A stretch of 64,000 nucleotides of DNA, taken from NCBI GenBank assembly GCA_965223265.1, contig OZ244999.1:7040001-7104000 (forward strand), read 5' to 3'. Positions 28,114-37,400 of the stretch are shown piece by piece. A program made the translations under genes and the position numbers. The notes beneath the pieces were generated by a model. It worked only from the letters and a program-made list of their open reading frames with translations. It ran no database searches and had not been told where the DNA came from. Origin of the DNA: Planctomycetota bacterium (lineage in GTDB: Bacteria; Planctomycetota; UBA8108; SXIK01). Position 1 is the stretch's first letter, and every line of letters begins with the position of its first letter.

Positions 28114-31100
28114 CTAACGATCCTCAGTCGTAGCTTCAGCCACAAGCCGCACGCCGAGGTACCCATTCGTCCGCTCGGGCAGCATCGAGTTGCGGCTGCT
28201 GGCGCGGAAGAACCAGTCGTCCTCGACGGTGCCCCAGCTGCCGCCGCGGTAGACGAAGAGATTTGAATCCTCGCGCGGGCGCCCTGTAGTGTGCTCTGAG
28301 ACCGAGCCGGCGAGATCTCGCACACCGAAGACGCTCTCGTCGAATGAGGCGAATCCCAGCCACTGCGGCCGCGCCCCACTCGCACCGTGGGGGCGCGGCA
28401 GGCCAAGGCCGGAAACGCAGAAGCTCGGGATACTAAAGCTCCCCCAAACGTACGTGCGCCGATCCACGCCGCGCGCGGCGCGCTCCCACTCGAGGTCGGT
28501 CGGCAGCCGAAAACGCCAGCGGCCGCCGCTGCGCTGCGTGCGCCACGCCGCGTACTCTTCGGCGGCGTAGTGACAAATCCCGAGAGCCGGCCAGCCGCTC
28601 TCGATCGCCGCATTCCATTCCCAACGCCGCGTCGCGTCATTCCACACAGCCTGCGTCTTGTGGAACGCCGGAATGCGAACCCCTTCGCGCCCGCGGCGAG
28701 CCAAGTCTTCGAGGACACTCTTGGACGTCGGTCGCATCATGCCACCGCGATCGATGCGCGGCGCAACAGCGGGATCGTTCAGAAACTCAAGCCACTCTTG
28801 ATTGGACACTTCGTAGCGCGAGAAAAAGCACGCTGGCAAATCGAATTCGCCGTAGGCGAGGCTCTGAAAGGCATCGCGGTCACCGCCGGTGGCGACGCGA
28901 CCAGCCGGCAGATGGACGAATCCCGCTGGAATCTGATCCGACCTCAGAAGGTTCAGGCTTAGTGTCGGTTCCTCGTCCGCTGGGATGGAAACCGGCAACC
29001 GCGCATCGACGTACCCTGGGTGCTGGGCAACGAACAGATAGTTCCCCGGCGGCAGAGTCACCTCCGACACCGCCGCGCCTTGTGTCGCGCCAAGTCGATT
29101 GACCGCCGAGCACACAATGGGGTACGCGGCAAACTCAACGCCGAACTGAACCCACGGCTGGACAAGCGTCCTTGCATCCTGCTCGTCGAAACCGTGGCGT
29201 CGTGTACGCGCGACGGCCTCTGTGCTGAAGGGCGTCCAGATGATCTCAACCTTGCTCTGCTGACGAACCACTTCGACGTCGACCGAGGCGTCAACGTCGA
29301 CGGCCAGGAGCACCGCGGCGAGTTGAGTCAGTGACTCGACTGCGGTCGTGCCGATGCGCACGACGCGGTCGCCGCGCTGAAACGGCGTACGCCCGGAGTC
29401 TTCCACGCGCCGAACCGTCAGCCCTGGAGTGCCTCCAGCTGCAGCCGAAACATCTGCCGCATCCGATCCGTCTCGACTCGGATCCAGCGGCTGAAAAGGT
29501 CGCGGCACCCATCGCAGCTCTTCGGGATGTTCCTCATAGCGAAAGCAGAAGAGTGCTGCGCCGGGCGGCTCGGTAACGATGCGAACGCGCTGAGGGCCGG
29601 CGACGGAACCGGCATAATTCTGCGCCATCGAGGCGTAAAATTCGCGCGGTCGAAACACGCCACCCTGGGCGCTCGCGTCCCGATAGAGCTGTGTGTAAAT
29701 CTCGCGGAGCTCATCCTCGACTCGCACCTGCACCTGAGAGCCGACTGGCGCACTCAGCGCGGCCCTCTCGTGAGTGAAGAGAGCTGCGTTGAGATGGACA
29801 TCCTTCTGCTGGTGCGCCGCGCGCCATCGTCGCCAGGCGGTCGCTTCCGCCTGGCGACGCCATATCGGTTCCCAGGCACGTCCTGCGGCCGCCCGGCGAC
29901 GCCTCGCAGTACGCCAGGCGTCTTCGTGTCGCCGTTCGTTCGCACGTGTCACGTTGTAGCGCTCGAGTTCCTTGGCAGCTTTGGCGAGAAGCGTCGCGGC
30001 GTACAGAGACTGAAGCTCGACAACGCTTTCGCGCCTCGGACTGCGCTCGCGCAGCGCTGCTAACTTCGCCTCCGCAGCAGCCAGCTGCGACTCTGACGCG
30101 TCACCGCTCGAGTCGTCGTCGCTCGTCATGGCCCCCGACACGGCTCCCGACACTACGGCTTCGTTCGCTGAGCGCAGGAGCGAACGAACCTCGGCGTCGA
30201 GTCGCGCCAACTCACGCTCTCTCGCCACCGCGAAAACACCCGCGCCGAGGAGGACAACCGCTACCCCGACCGCCAACAACGCCGCGGCAAATCGATGACG
30301 CACGATGAACTTTCGGCACCGATACGACAGAGCTGGAGGACCCGCGACGACCGCTTCGCCGCTCAAGTACGCAGCGATGTCGCAGGAAAGTTCGGACACG
30401 CTTGAGTAGCGACGCGTACGGTCTTTCTCCAGAGACTTGAGGACGATCCAATCGAGTTCTCCGCGCAACTGACGCGAGAGCGAGCGTGGATCGGTTCGTC
30501 GTTCGCTGGCGAAATCGTCTTGCTGATCCTGCGAACAGCAGAGGAGACTCGGCGTCTTCGGGTCTTCGTGCAAGACGACTCGGACGAACTCTTCCAGATC
30601 GAATGGCCGTGAGAACTCGAACGGTCGCCGTCCTGTCAACAGTTCGTAGAGAAGAACACCGAGCGAGTAGACGTCGGCCCGCCGATCCACCGCGCCTTTG
30701 CCACCACGTAGCTGTTCCGGCGCCATGTAGGCGGGCGTACCCACCGGCTGACCGGTTTGCGTCACGATAGCATCGTCAGTGAGGGCGCCGCCGACCGCCT
30801 TAACGAGCCCGAAGTCGATGACCTTCGGCACGGGTGCGTCGACGTCGACCGTCGTGATGAGCACGTTACCTGGCTTCAGATCACGGTGCACAATGCCTTT
30901 TTCGTGAGCGTGCTGAACCGCTTCACAGACGCGAAGAAAAAGCTCAAGGCGTCCACGAATCGTCAGACGATGGCGGCGGCAGTGGTCAGTGATCGCCTCG
31001 CCGTCGACGTATTCCATGACAACGTAGGGCTGGCCGGACTCGCTAGTGCCAGCGTCGAACACCTGGGCGATGTAGGGGTGATTCATGAGTGCGAGAGCCT

Positions 31101-31503
31101 GGCACTCAGTCTCGAAACGCGCCAGGACTTCGCTCGACGGCAACGCAGAGCGCAAGACCTTCAGCGCCACCCGGCGGCGAGGTTTCGCCTGTTGCGCCAG
31201 ATAAACTTCACCGAAGCCGCCGGCTCCCAGCGGCGCGACGACCTCGTACTGATTCAGCTTCCAACCGGCGTCGAGCAGGAAATCGTCCGTGAAGGAAACG
31301 TCCGCGCTCGCGACGCCGGCCCCGGGCGCCTGCCCATGCGCCGAGTGCAGTGCCTCTAGCCCGAGCGCCAGCTCAGGCTTCTGCTCTGCCTTGAAGGCCG
31401 AAAAGCTGATCGACTCGCCGCGCGCGCGTCGCTGCAAGAACTCGCGGTAAGCAGATTCAACGGTGTGATCGGCGGGATGCTGGCCACTGGTCGATTCAGT
31501 CAC
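28114..31503 (-). CDS. Membrane Hanks-type Ser/Thr kinase with PEGA, PDZ-like and FGE-sulfatase (SUMF1-like) domains
   Basis: LGAGGFGEVY, VALK, HRDLKPGN, DFG, GTPAYMAPE and DVYSLG motifs; TM segment FAAALLAVGVAVVLLGAGVFAVA; C-terminal SRYEVSN, RLPTDLEWERAARG, DLAGSVSE, RGGSW and GVRL motifs. Confidence 0.92.
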   Translation of the reverse strand: MTESTSGQHPADHTVESAYREFLQRRARGESISFSAFKAEQKPELALGLEALHSAHGQAPGAGVASADVSFTDDFLLDAGWKLNQYEVVAPLGAGGFGEVYLAQQAKPRRRVALKVLRSALPSSEVLARFETECQALALMNHPYIAQVFDAGTSESGQPYVVMEYVDGEAITDHCRRHRLTIRGRLELFLRVCEAVQHAHEKGIVHRDLKPGNVLITTVDVDAPVPKVIDFGLVKAVGGALTDDAIVTQTGQPVGTPAYMAPEQLRGGKGAVDRRADVYSLGVLLYELLTGRRPFEFSRPFDLEEFVRVVLHEDPKTPSLLCCSQDQQDDFASERRTDPRSLSRQLRGELDWIVLKSLEKDRTRRYSSVSELSCDIAAYLSGEAVVAGPPALSYRCRKFIVRHRFAAALLAVGVAVVLLGAGVFAVARERELARLDAEVRSLLRSANEAVVSGAVSGAMTSDDDSSGDASESQLAAAEAKLAALRERSPRRESVVELQSLYAATLLAKAAKELERYNVTRANERRHEDAWRTARRRRAAAGRAWEPIWRRQAEATAWRRWRAAHQQKDVHLNAALFTHERAALSAPVGSQVQVRVEDELREIYTQLYRDASAQGGVFRPREFYASMAQNYAGSVAGPQRVRIVTEPPGAALFCFRYEEHPEELRWVPRPFQPLDPSRDGSDAADVSAAAGGTPGLTVRRVEDSGRTPFQRGDRVVRIGTTAVESLTQLAAVLLAVDVDASVDVEVVRQQSKVEIIWTPFSTEAVARTRRHGFDEQDARTLVQPWVQFGVEFAAYPIVCSAVNRLGATQGAAVSEVTLPPGNYLFVAQHPGYVDARLPVSIPADEEPTLSLNLLRSDQIPAGFVHLPAGRVATGGDRDAFQSLAYGEFDLPACFFSRYEVSNQEWLEFLNDPAVAPRIDRGGMMRPTSKSVLEDLARRGREGVRIPAFHKTQAVWNDATRRWEWNAAIESGWPALGICHYAAEEYAAWRTQRSGGRWRFRLPTDLEWERAARGVDRRTYVWGSFSIPSFCVSGLGLPRPHGASGARPQWLGFASFDESVFGVRDLAGSVSEHTTGRPREDSNLFVYRGGSWGTVEDDWFFRASSRNSMLPERTNGYLGVRLVAEATTEDR

Positions 31504-31698
31504 GACGATCTGAGCACGATGTTGGTGTTGGCAGCTCGTTGAAAGTCATTCGACCGAGCGAAGAGCACGGTCTGCGGTCGCGGCTCGAAGCGGGCCACCC
31601 ATTGAGACTATCCTTGCGGTGCCGAGTCGGCTAACTTTTTGGACGTCTTTTCGCATCACACGAAAGCGAATCAAATCCAAACGAAACAGAGAAACGTC

Positions 31699-32679
31699 AT
31701 GCAAAAGGTCTTCGTACCTGAGCCGATTGCGGCGAGCGGCCTCGATCTTCTTAAAAAACACTTCGAGTGCGTCGCGCCGTGGGAGGAAGCCGGTGTCAGC
31801 AATGGTCCGCTGAGCAGTCTGAGTCAGAAAGAGCTTCTCTACGATGCGGAAGCAGTCATCGTGCGGCTCTTCAAAGTCACAGCAGGCGACCTCGATGGGG
31901 CTAGCAAGTTGAAGGTGATCGTCAAACACGGCGTCGGTGTCGACAGCATCGACGTCAAGGCAGCCACCGAAAAGGGTATCCCAGTCGCCTACACGCCGAC
32001 GGCCAATGCCAACGCGGTAGCGGAACACGTGATCGCTCTCATGTTTTCCATGGCGCGCCACATTCCGCCTGCCGATCGCATGGTCCGCGAAGGGCGATTC
32101 AACGAAAAAGACAGTCTGCGCGGCGTCGAGCTCGCCGGGAAGACGCTCGGTGTCATCGGCCTCGGCCGCATCGGAAGACGCGTCGTAAACAAAGCGCACC
32201 ATGGTCTCGGAATGAACGTCGCCGCATACGACCCTTTGCTTTCTCCTGATACCTACGACGGTCCGGCAACCCTGCAGGCGCGCCTCGAAGATGTCCTGCG
32301 CGGATCCGACTTTTTGACGCTTCACGTGCCGCTCTCGGATGCGACTCGGCACTTGATCAACGCTGACAGCCTGGCGCTCATGAAATCGACCGCACGCATC
32401 GTCAACACGTCGAGAGGTGCCGTGATTGACGAAGAGGCGCTGGCTACGGCGCTGAACGACGGCCGTTTGGCCGGCGCCGCGCTCGACGTTTTCGAAGCGG
32501 AACCGCTGCCGGCCGACCACGTTCTGTGCAGCGCGGCGAACACGATCTTGACGCCGCATGTGGCGTCGTCCACGCGCGACGCCCTGGAGTCGATGGCTCG
32601 CGAATCGGCACAAGCAGTCATTGCAGTGCTGGCTGGCGAGCGTCCCGAGCACTTGGTGAACCCCGACGCTTACGCGTGA
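31699..32679 (+). CDS. D-isomer-specific 2-hydroxyacid dehydrogenase (phosphoglycerate dehydrogenase-like)
   Basis: HGVGVDSID, GVIGLGRIG, LHVPL, NTSRG, AALDVFEAEP and TPHVA motifs; no ACT domain. Confidence 0.9.
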   Translation: MQKVFVPEPIAASGLDLLKKHFECVAPWEEAGVSNGPLSSLSQKELLYDAEAVIVRLFKVTAGDLDGASKLKVIVKHGVGVDSIDVKAATEKGIPVAYTPTANANAVAEHVIALMFSMARHIPPADRMVREGRFNEKDSLRGVELAGKTLGVIGLGRIGRRVVNKAHHGLGMNVAAYDPLLSPDTYDGPATLQARLEDVLRGSDFLTLHVPLSDATRHLINADSLALMKSTARIVNTSRGAVIDEEALATALNDGRLAGAALDVFEAEPLPADHVLCSAANTILTPHVASSTRDALESMARESAQAVIAVLAGERPEHLVNPDAYA

Positions 32680-32721
32680 TCCCAGCGCTCTGCCGCCCAA
32701 CCTGCCGCGCGCCGAAAATAC

Positions 32722-32784
32722 TGCTAGATTTTTTAGCACTTTTTCATGGAAACTCGATCGCCATAGTGCTAAAAAAACCAGCAC
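32722..32784. promoter_or_regulatory. Two imperfect palindromes TGCTA-N7-(T/C)AGCA, candidate BlaI-family operators
   Basis: TGCTAGATTTTTTAGCA (32722-32738) and GTGCTAAAAAAACCAGCAC (32766-32784) in an AT-rich patch upstream of the BlaI-like gene. Confidence 0.7.
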
Positions 32785-32918
32785 ACCGTGCGACAATGCC
32801 GATGACCATCGCGCAGGAATCAGCTCTGACATTTCACAGCCGCCGCCGTCTCACTTGATCTCGTCCCGTCCGCGTCTGGGATTGGGACGGCGCGGAGGGC
32901 CACAACCCGGGGGGACGT

Positions 32919-33305
32919 ATGGCGTCAGGCTCACCATCACTCAGTCGCCGCGAGCGACAGATCATGGATATCATCTACGCCCGAGGTGAAGCTACCGCAG
33001 CACAAGTGCGGGCAGACTTAGCCGACGCGCCGAGCTATTCTGCGGTGCGGGCGCTGATCCGCATCCTCGAAGAAAAGGGGCACCTGAGGCACCGGCGCGA
33101 AGGCGTGCGCAACGTCTACTCGCCAACCAAGCCGCATCGGCATGCGGGTCGTTCGGCGCTCAAGAACGTGCTGGAGACGTTTTACAAGGGTGACGTCAGG
33201 CAAGCCGTCTCGGCGCTTCTCGACGTCTCTGAAGCTTCGATGTCCCGTAGCGAAATCAACCGCATCCAAAAACTAATCGAAAAAGCACGCAAGGAGGGTC
33301 GTTAG
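32919..33305 (+). CDS. BlaI/MecI/CopY family transcriptional repressor
   Basis: LSRRERQIMDIIY...SYSAVRALIRILEEKG winged helix; adjacent to an M56 peptidase gene. Confidence 0.92.
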   Translation: MASGSPSLSRRERQIMDIIYARGEATAAQVRADLADAPSYSAVRALIRILEEKGHLRHRREGVRNVYSPTKPHRHAGRSALKNVLETFYKGDVRQAVSALLDVSEASMSRSEINRIQKLIEKARKEGR

Positions 33306-33307
33306 TC

Positions 33308-36300
33308 ATGACGTTCATGCCACAACTGATCGACACGATCGCGTCGCATTTCAGCTCCGTCTATGTCGACATGCTGTTCCGAGGCGCCGCTCTTCTGTGC
33401 GGCGCCTGGTTGCTGACTCTGGCGCTGCGGCGGGCTTCTGCCGCGCTGCGCCATGCCGTCTGGACTGCCGCCTTCGTCGGTGTCGCGCTGCTGCCTGTAT
33501 TCTCTGCGCTGCTGCCGACCTGGAGCCTTGAAGTTTTTCGGGAGCGCTCGGTGGCTGTGAATTCACGAGTGCCTTTAAGAGTGCCGTCGAGAGTGCCTTC
33601 GAAAGTTCCCTCGATCAGAGCGCATTCATTGAGCGTGCAACCAGCGGCGAGTCCCAGCACGAACGCGACCAACGCAGCACGTACGGCAGCACCGACCGAA
33701 GGGGAATCATACGACACGACTAGGTTCTCGAGCGGCACGGCTACTCCTTCTGCGGACGCTCCAGCGCAACCGGCCGGAGCGCCGGAGCTGGCGACGTCGC
33801 CGCTCGCCTCAACGTCTACGGCGCCTCACACAATCACCGAAGCGCGTGTCGCAGACTCTGAAAGCCACCGTGCCGCAGCCGAAACGGCGCCCAAGGGCAA
33901 CGTCTCCGACTTGACGCGGTCTTCGCCGACGATCGCGTCATCAGAACGCCAGGGCGGGCGGGATGATCCCGAGGCAGACGCCAACCCTACGGCATACGAA
34001 ACAATAAGCGCTGCTGACGACCGTGCCCAAGCGACGGTCGCCGTCGCGCAGGCACGGAGACGACACACTGCCGCGGGAGACGTCAAATCTGCGTTGTCGC
34101 TGTTGCGACCAGTGAGCTGGAGCACCGTCACGTTCGGTGTGTTTCTGCTTGGCTCGCTCACGCTTCTTCTTCGCCTCGCGGTCGCAGTTGGGCGGGTCAC
34201 GCTCTTGGTGCGGCGTGCAGCGGTCATCGAGAACGACTCTCGACGCGACGCTCTCGACGCCGCGGCCGGGCGCCTCGCGCTGCGTCGCCCTCTCGTACTC
34301 CTTGAGAGCCCGCTCGTCGGAGTGCCCATGGTTTGGAACCCGTTGCCAATGGGAACGGCTTACGTTCTGATTCCGAACGACGCGGCGACGTGGCCCACTT
34401 CGAAGCTGCGCTTGGTCTTCCTCCATGAACTGGCGCACGTGCGCCGCAGCGATGGCTTCTGGCGCTTAGGAGCTCGTTTCGTCACAGCGCTGTCGTGGCC
34501 CAATCCGCTGGCGTGGTTCGCTCTCCGTCGACTCGAACTCGAGTCCGAGCTCGCGTGCGACGATGCGGTGATCGCGTCAGGGTGCCGCGCGTCGGCGTAT
34601 GCGGACGAGCTCCTCGCCATTGCGACGCGAGATGTTGACGATCGTTTCGCTCACCGCGCGGCTGTCGCCATGGCACGGCCAGGAAGACTCGAAGGCCGGC
34701 TGCTCGCTCTCCTTGACACAACGCGGAGCCGCGCGGCTCTCTCAGCACGCGGTCTGGCTCTGCTCCTCGTTGGGTTGATCGCGGGAACCGCGCCGCTCGC
34801 AATGATGCAGGCGGGCACGGAGGACGAGGGTGTGTTCGCAGCAGCGGACGCAGCGACGGACGAAGCAGCAGACGAGACATCGAGTCATGACAGCGCGCGA
34901 CGCGAAAGAGCCGTAGAAAAAGAGGTTGCGGAGGAACCGCGCGTGGCGGCGCCAGCGGGGGTTGGCGCCGCAGACGAGATTGCGGTGGAGACCGCCGACG
35001 GCGAACCAGCGGCGCCGGAGCTTGCGCCTCCGATTGCAGAGCCGGAATCGGTGCGTCCAGCATTGACCGTCGACGCGAGCCCGCCTGCGCCGACTCCGCC
35101 CTCCCTGCGGCTTGTAAGCCCAACGCCGCGCCGAGGGACGACGGCCAGGAAAGGCCATGGCGGGATCCGCGTGGTATTCTCAGGCAGCAGCATGCATGTG
35201 CATTTTGTCGGGCTCGCTGCGTATCCTTCCGGAGAGACGTGGTGGTCACCGGACGGTCGCCATCAAATCGCACCAGTCTATGAAGTCGTTGGCGCCGATG
35301 CAGCGGAAGGCGCGGCAAGGCAGACCGACCAACGCAGCTGGTACCAAGCCGCGGTGCGCGTCTGCGGCGCACCGAGTCGCCTGCGCCTGACCGCGACGGT
35401 GGCGAACGACCCAACTCCGGTCGAAGCGATCCGAACGACTCACCGAGAGGACTACTGGGGTTTCATTTTCAGCGTCCCCGTTGCGACGCGTGAGACATCG
35501 CTTCGACTTGACTTCGAGCGCGACAGTCGTCGCCAAGAGAGCGACGCGGAGCGCCGCAGCAAGAACAAAGACGAGAAGTGCAACTCGAGGCGAAAGCGTC
35601 GCGCCAAGCGCTCAGTTCAGCCAGCCAGTGACACCAAGCACTCGGTTGAGCTCGACTCCATCTCGCTGGAGCCGGCGCATCAGACGAACCCGGAGGCGCG
35701 GGTCATAACGCAAGAGTCATCAGTGCGGATCGAGCAGCCAGCGCCAGTCGTGGTGGGCGTAGCGCCGCATGATCGCGCGATCAAAACCCTGCCCATGCCT
35801 CGCAGTTTGGACATCGCGGGCGTTCCGCCGACCGTCACGCACCTCCTGCACAACCTTGGATCGCAACCGGCTGAGCACCCGGCCGTCACTGCAGTGCGGT
35901 CGTGGGCGCAGCATGCCTTCGCCGGCGAAGACGAGGCCGCGCCGCAATTCGTGGCCCCGGGGGCGAGTGTCACGGCAAGCGATCTTCGCAGCATCGATGT
36001 AGCGCGACTCGTCCGCATAAAGTCCGGCTACGCCAACGACCGCGCGGCGTTGCTGATCACAGGCGTCGTCGTGGCGCAGGGCCGTGACCCTGGTGTCCTG
36101 GTACTTCGCGTCGTGCGTTTCGATGAGCACTGGCTCGTCCACGATGTCGATCTGGCGTCAAAAGAGGAAGCCGCGGAGCAAATCGAGGGATTTCAGATTC
36201 ATCCAGGGGTTCAGCCTATCGACACTGACGACGTGAAGCTCGGCCGCGGGAGTGCCGGTGCGGGCGAACCCGCGGCCACTGTGCGCCTTTGGCTCCGACT

Positions 36301-36856
36301 GGCGCAGGCGGGGCTCACCGACGAGGCCGAAGCGCTCTACGTCAAAGATCGCGAAACCAACGATGCGAGACGCCTGACGAGCCACTATGCGTCGGAGGCC
36401 ATCTCCCTCGCCGAAGGTTGGAGCTCCGATGCCAGAGCAGTCGTTCTCTCGTCGTATGTGCCCGTGGTCGAGACGCGCGAAAGAACTCGAAGGAAGAAGA
36501 AACGGCAAGACATCTTCGAACCGGTTCGCATCGTGACGAACCAGCATCACGTACTCATCTTTCATCTCCAGCTCGTCGACGGCGGCTGGCTGATCGACGA
36601 CGTCGACTTTTCCGACCCCGATGTCGCACAACAGCGCGTCAAAGGCTTTCGCGGTTACCCGGGTGTTCGCCAGCTCGGCGGCGTCAACACGAATGGTGGA
36701 GCCATCGAACCGGGCACGCTCGAAGGCGCAGGGCAGTTCTGGGACGTGCAACCGTCAGAAGTCGACATCAGTCCGAACGACGCTCCGGACGACACCGAGA
36801 CTCGGGGCGTCGAGGACTCGGAGGCGCCCGCAGAGAGTCGTGGAGCGCGACAATGA
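33308..36856 (+). CDS. BlaR1-like M56 metallopeptidase sensor with long C-terminal extracytoplasmic region
   Basis: ASAALRHAVW, HELAHVRRSD, WPNPLAW and ELACDD motifs; TM segments; starts 2 bp after the BlaI-like stop. Confidence 0.88.
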   Translation: MTFMPQLIDTIASHFSSVYVDMLFRGAALLCGAWLLTLALRRASAALRHAVWTAAFVGVALLPVFSALLPTWSLEVFRERSVAVNSRVPLRVPSRVPSKVPSIRAHSLSVQPAASPSTNATNAARTAAPTEGESYDTTRFSSGTATPSADAPAQPAGAPELATSPLASTSTAPHTITEARVADSESHRAAAETAPKGNVSDLTRSSPTIASSERQGGRDDPEADANPTAYETISAADDRAQATVAVAQARRRHTAAGDVKSALSLLRPVSWSTVTFGVFLLGSLTLLLRLAVAVGRVTLLVRRAAVIENDSRRDALDAAAGRLALRRPLVLLESPLVGVPMVWNPLPMGTAYVLIPNDAATWPTSKLRLVFLHELAHVRRSDGFWRLGARFVTALSWPNPLAWFALRRLELESELACDDAVIASGCRASAYADELLAIATRDVDDRFAHRAAVAMARPGRLEGRLLALLDTTRSRAALSARGLALLLVGLIAGTAPLAMMQAGTEDEGVFAAADAATDEAADETSSHDSARRERAVEKEVAEEPRVAAPAGVGAADEIAVETADGEPAAPELAPPIAEPESVRPALTVDASPPAPTPPSLRLVSPTPRRGTTARKGHGGIRVVFSGSSMHVHFVGLAAYPSGETWWSPDGRHQIAPVYEVVGADAAEGAARQTDQRSWYQAAVRVCGAPSRLRLTATVANDPTPVEAIRTTHREDYWGFIFSVPVATRETSLRLDFERDSRRQESDAERRSKNKDEKCNSRRKRRAKRSVQPASDTKHSVELDSISLEPAHQTNPEARVITQESSVRIEQPAPVVVGVAPHDRAIKTLPMPRSLDIAGVPPTVTHLLHNLGSQPAEHPAVTAVRSWAQHAFAGEDEAAPQFVAPGASVTASDLRSIDVARLVRIKSGYANDRAALLITGVVVAQGRDPGVLVLRVVRFDEHWLVHDVDLASKEEAAEQIEGFQIHPGVQPIDTDDVKLGRGSAGAGEPAATVRLWLRLAQAGLTDEAEALYVKDRETNDARRLTSHYASEAISLAEGWSSDARAVVLSSYVPVVETRERTRRKKKRQDIFEPVRIVTNQHHVLIFHLQLVDGGWLIDDVDFSDPDVAQQRVKGFRGYPGVRQLGGVNTNGGAIEPGTLEGAGQFWDVQPSEVDISPNDAPDDTETRGVEDSEAPAESRGARQ

Positions 36857-37400
36857 ACTTTGGGAGCCATTCTTGACGCAGCAGTCTGTGTCTCGGTAGT
36901 GAAGACAACACCCGCTCACGGCGTCGCGACATCGGTATCGACGCCAACGTTGAAAACGATGGTGAGCAACAACGGCGAAGGGTGCGTCAGTAGCGACTTT
37001 TCGAGACGCGGCGGCACGCGGAGCCTACTTCATCGCAGATGATTGCCGATCCGTCTCGAACGTCGCTCATGCGCGCGACCGCCAACCGATGGCGTGACTT
37101 GCCGTCATTTCCTTTCTTGGGCGTTGAGCCGGACAACACACGACGCCCTCACAGACACCGAGGGTCGCCGGCACCGAGCGCCACGGGTCATCCGCAGTGT
37201 TGCCCCTAACGCGAGCCGACGCGCGGTCGTTACATGCCCGTTACACGAAGCATGCCGGCGCCCGGGCACTTTTTCTCAAAACGATCCCAAAGAAATGCGG
37301 CCGCATGGGCGTCGTTTGAGTAGAAGCGCTTCCCCCTCCTTGCTCGCCGTGCACACGGCGCCATTTCTTCGTACTCCCAAGATGTGAAAGGAAACTGAAC

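Noticed and set aside
28114-28900. Diversity-generating retroelement target (FGE-sulfatase/CLec fold)
   Set aside because: I saw no reverse transcriptase and no second copy (template repeat) of the 3' region in the window. A remote DGR cannot be excluded.
28114-28900. Active formylglycine-generating enzyme for the local sulfatases
   Set aside because: RGGSW is followed by GTVEDDWFFR, without the catalytic cysteine pair, so it is more likely a binding domain.
32919-36856. Beta-lactam resistance locus
   Set aside because: No recognisable penicillin-binding sensor domain and no beta-lactamase adjacent.
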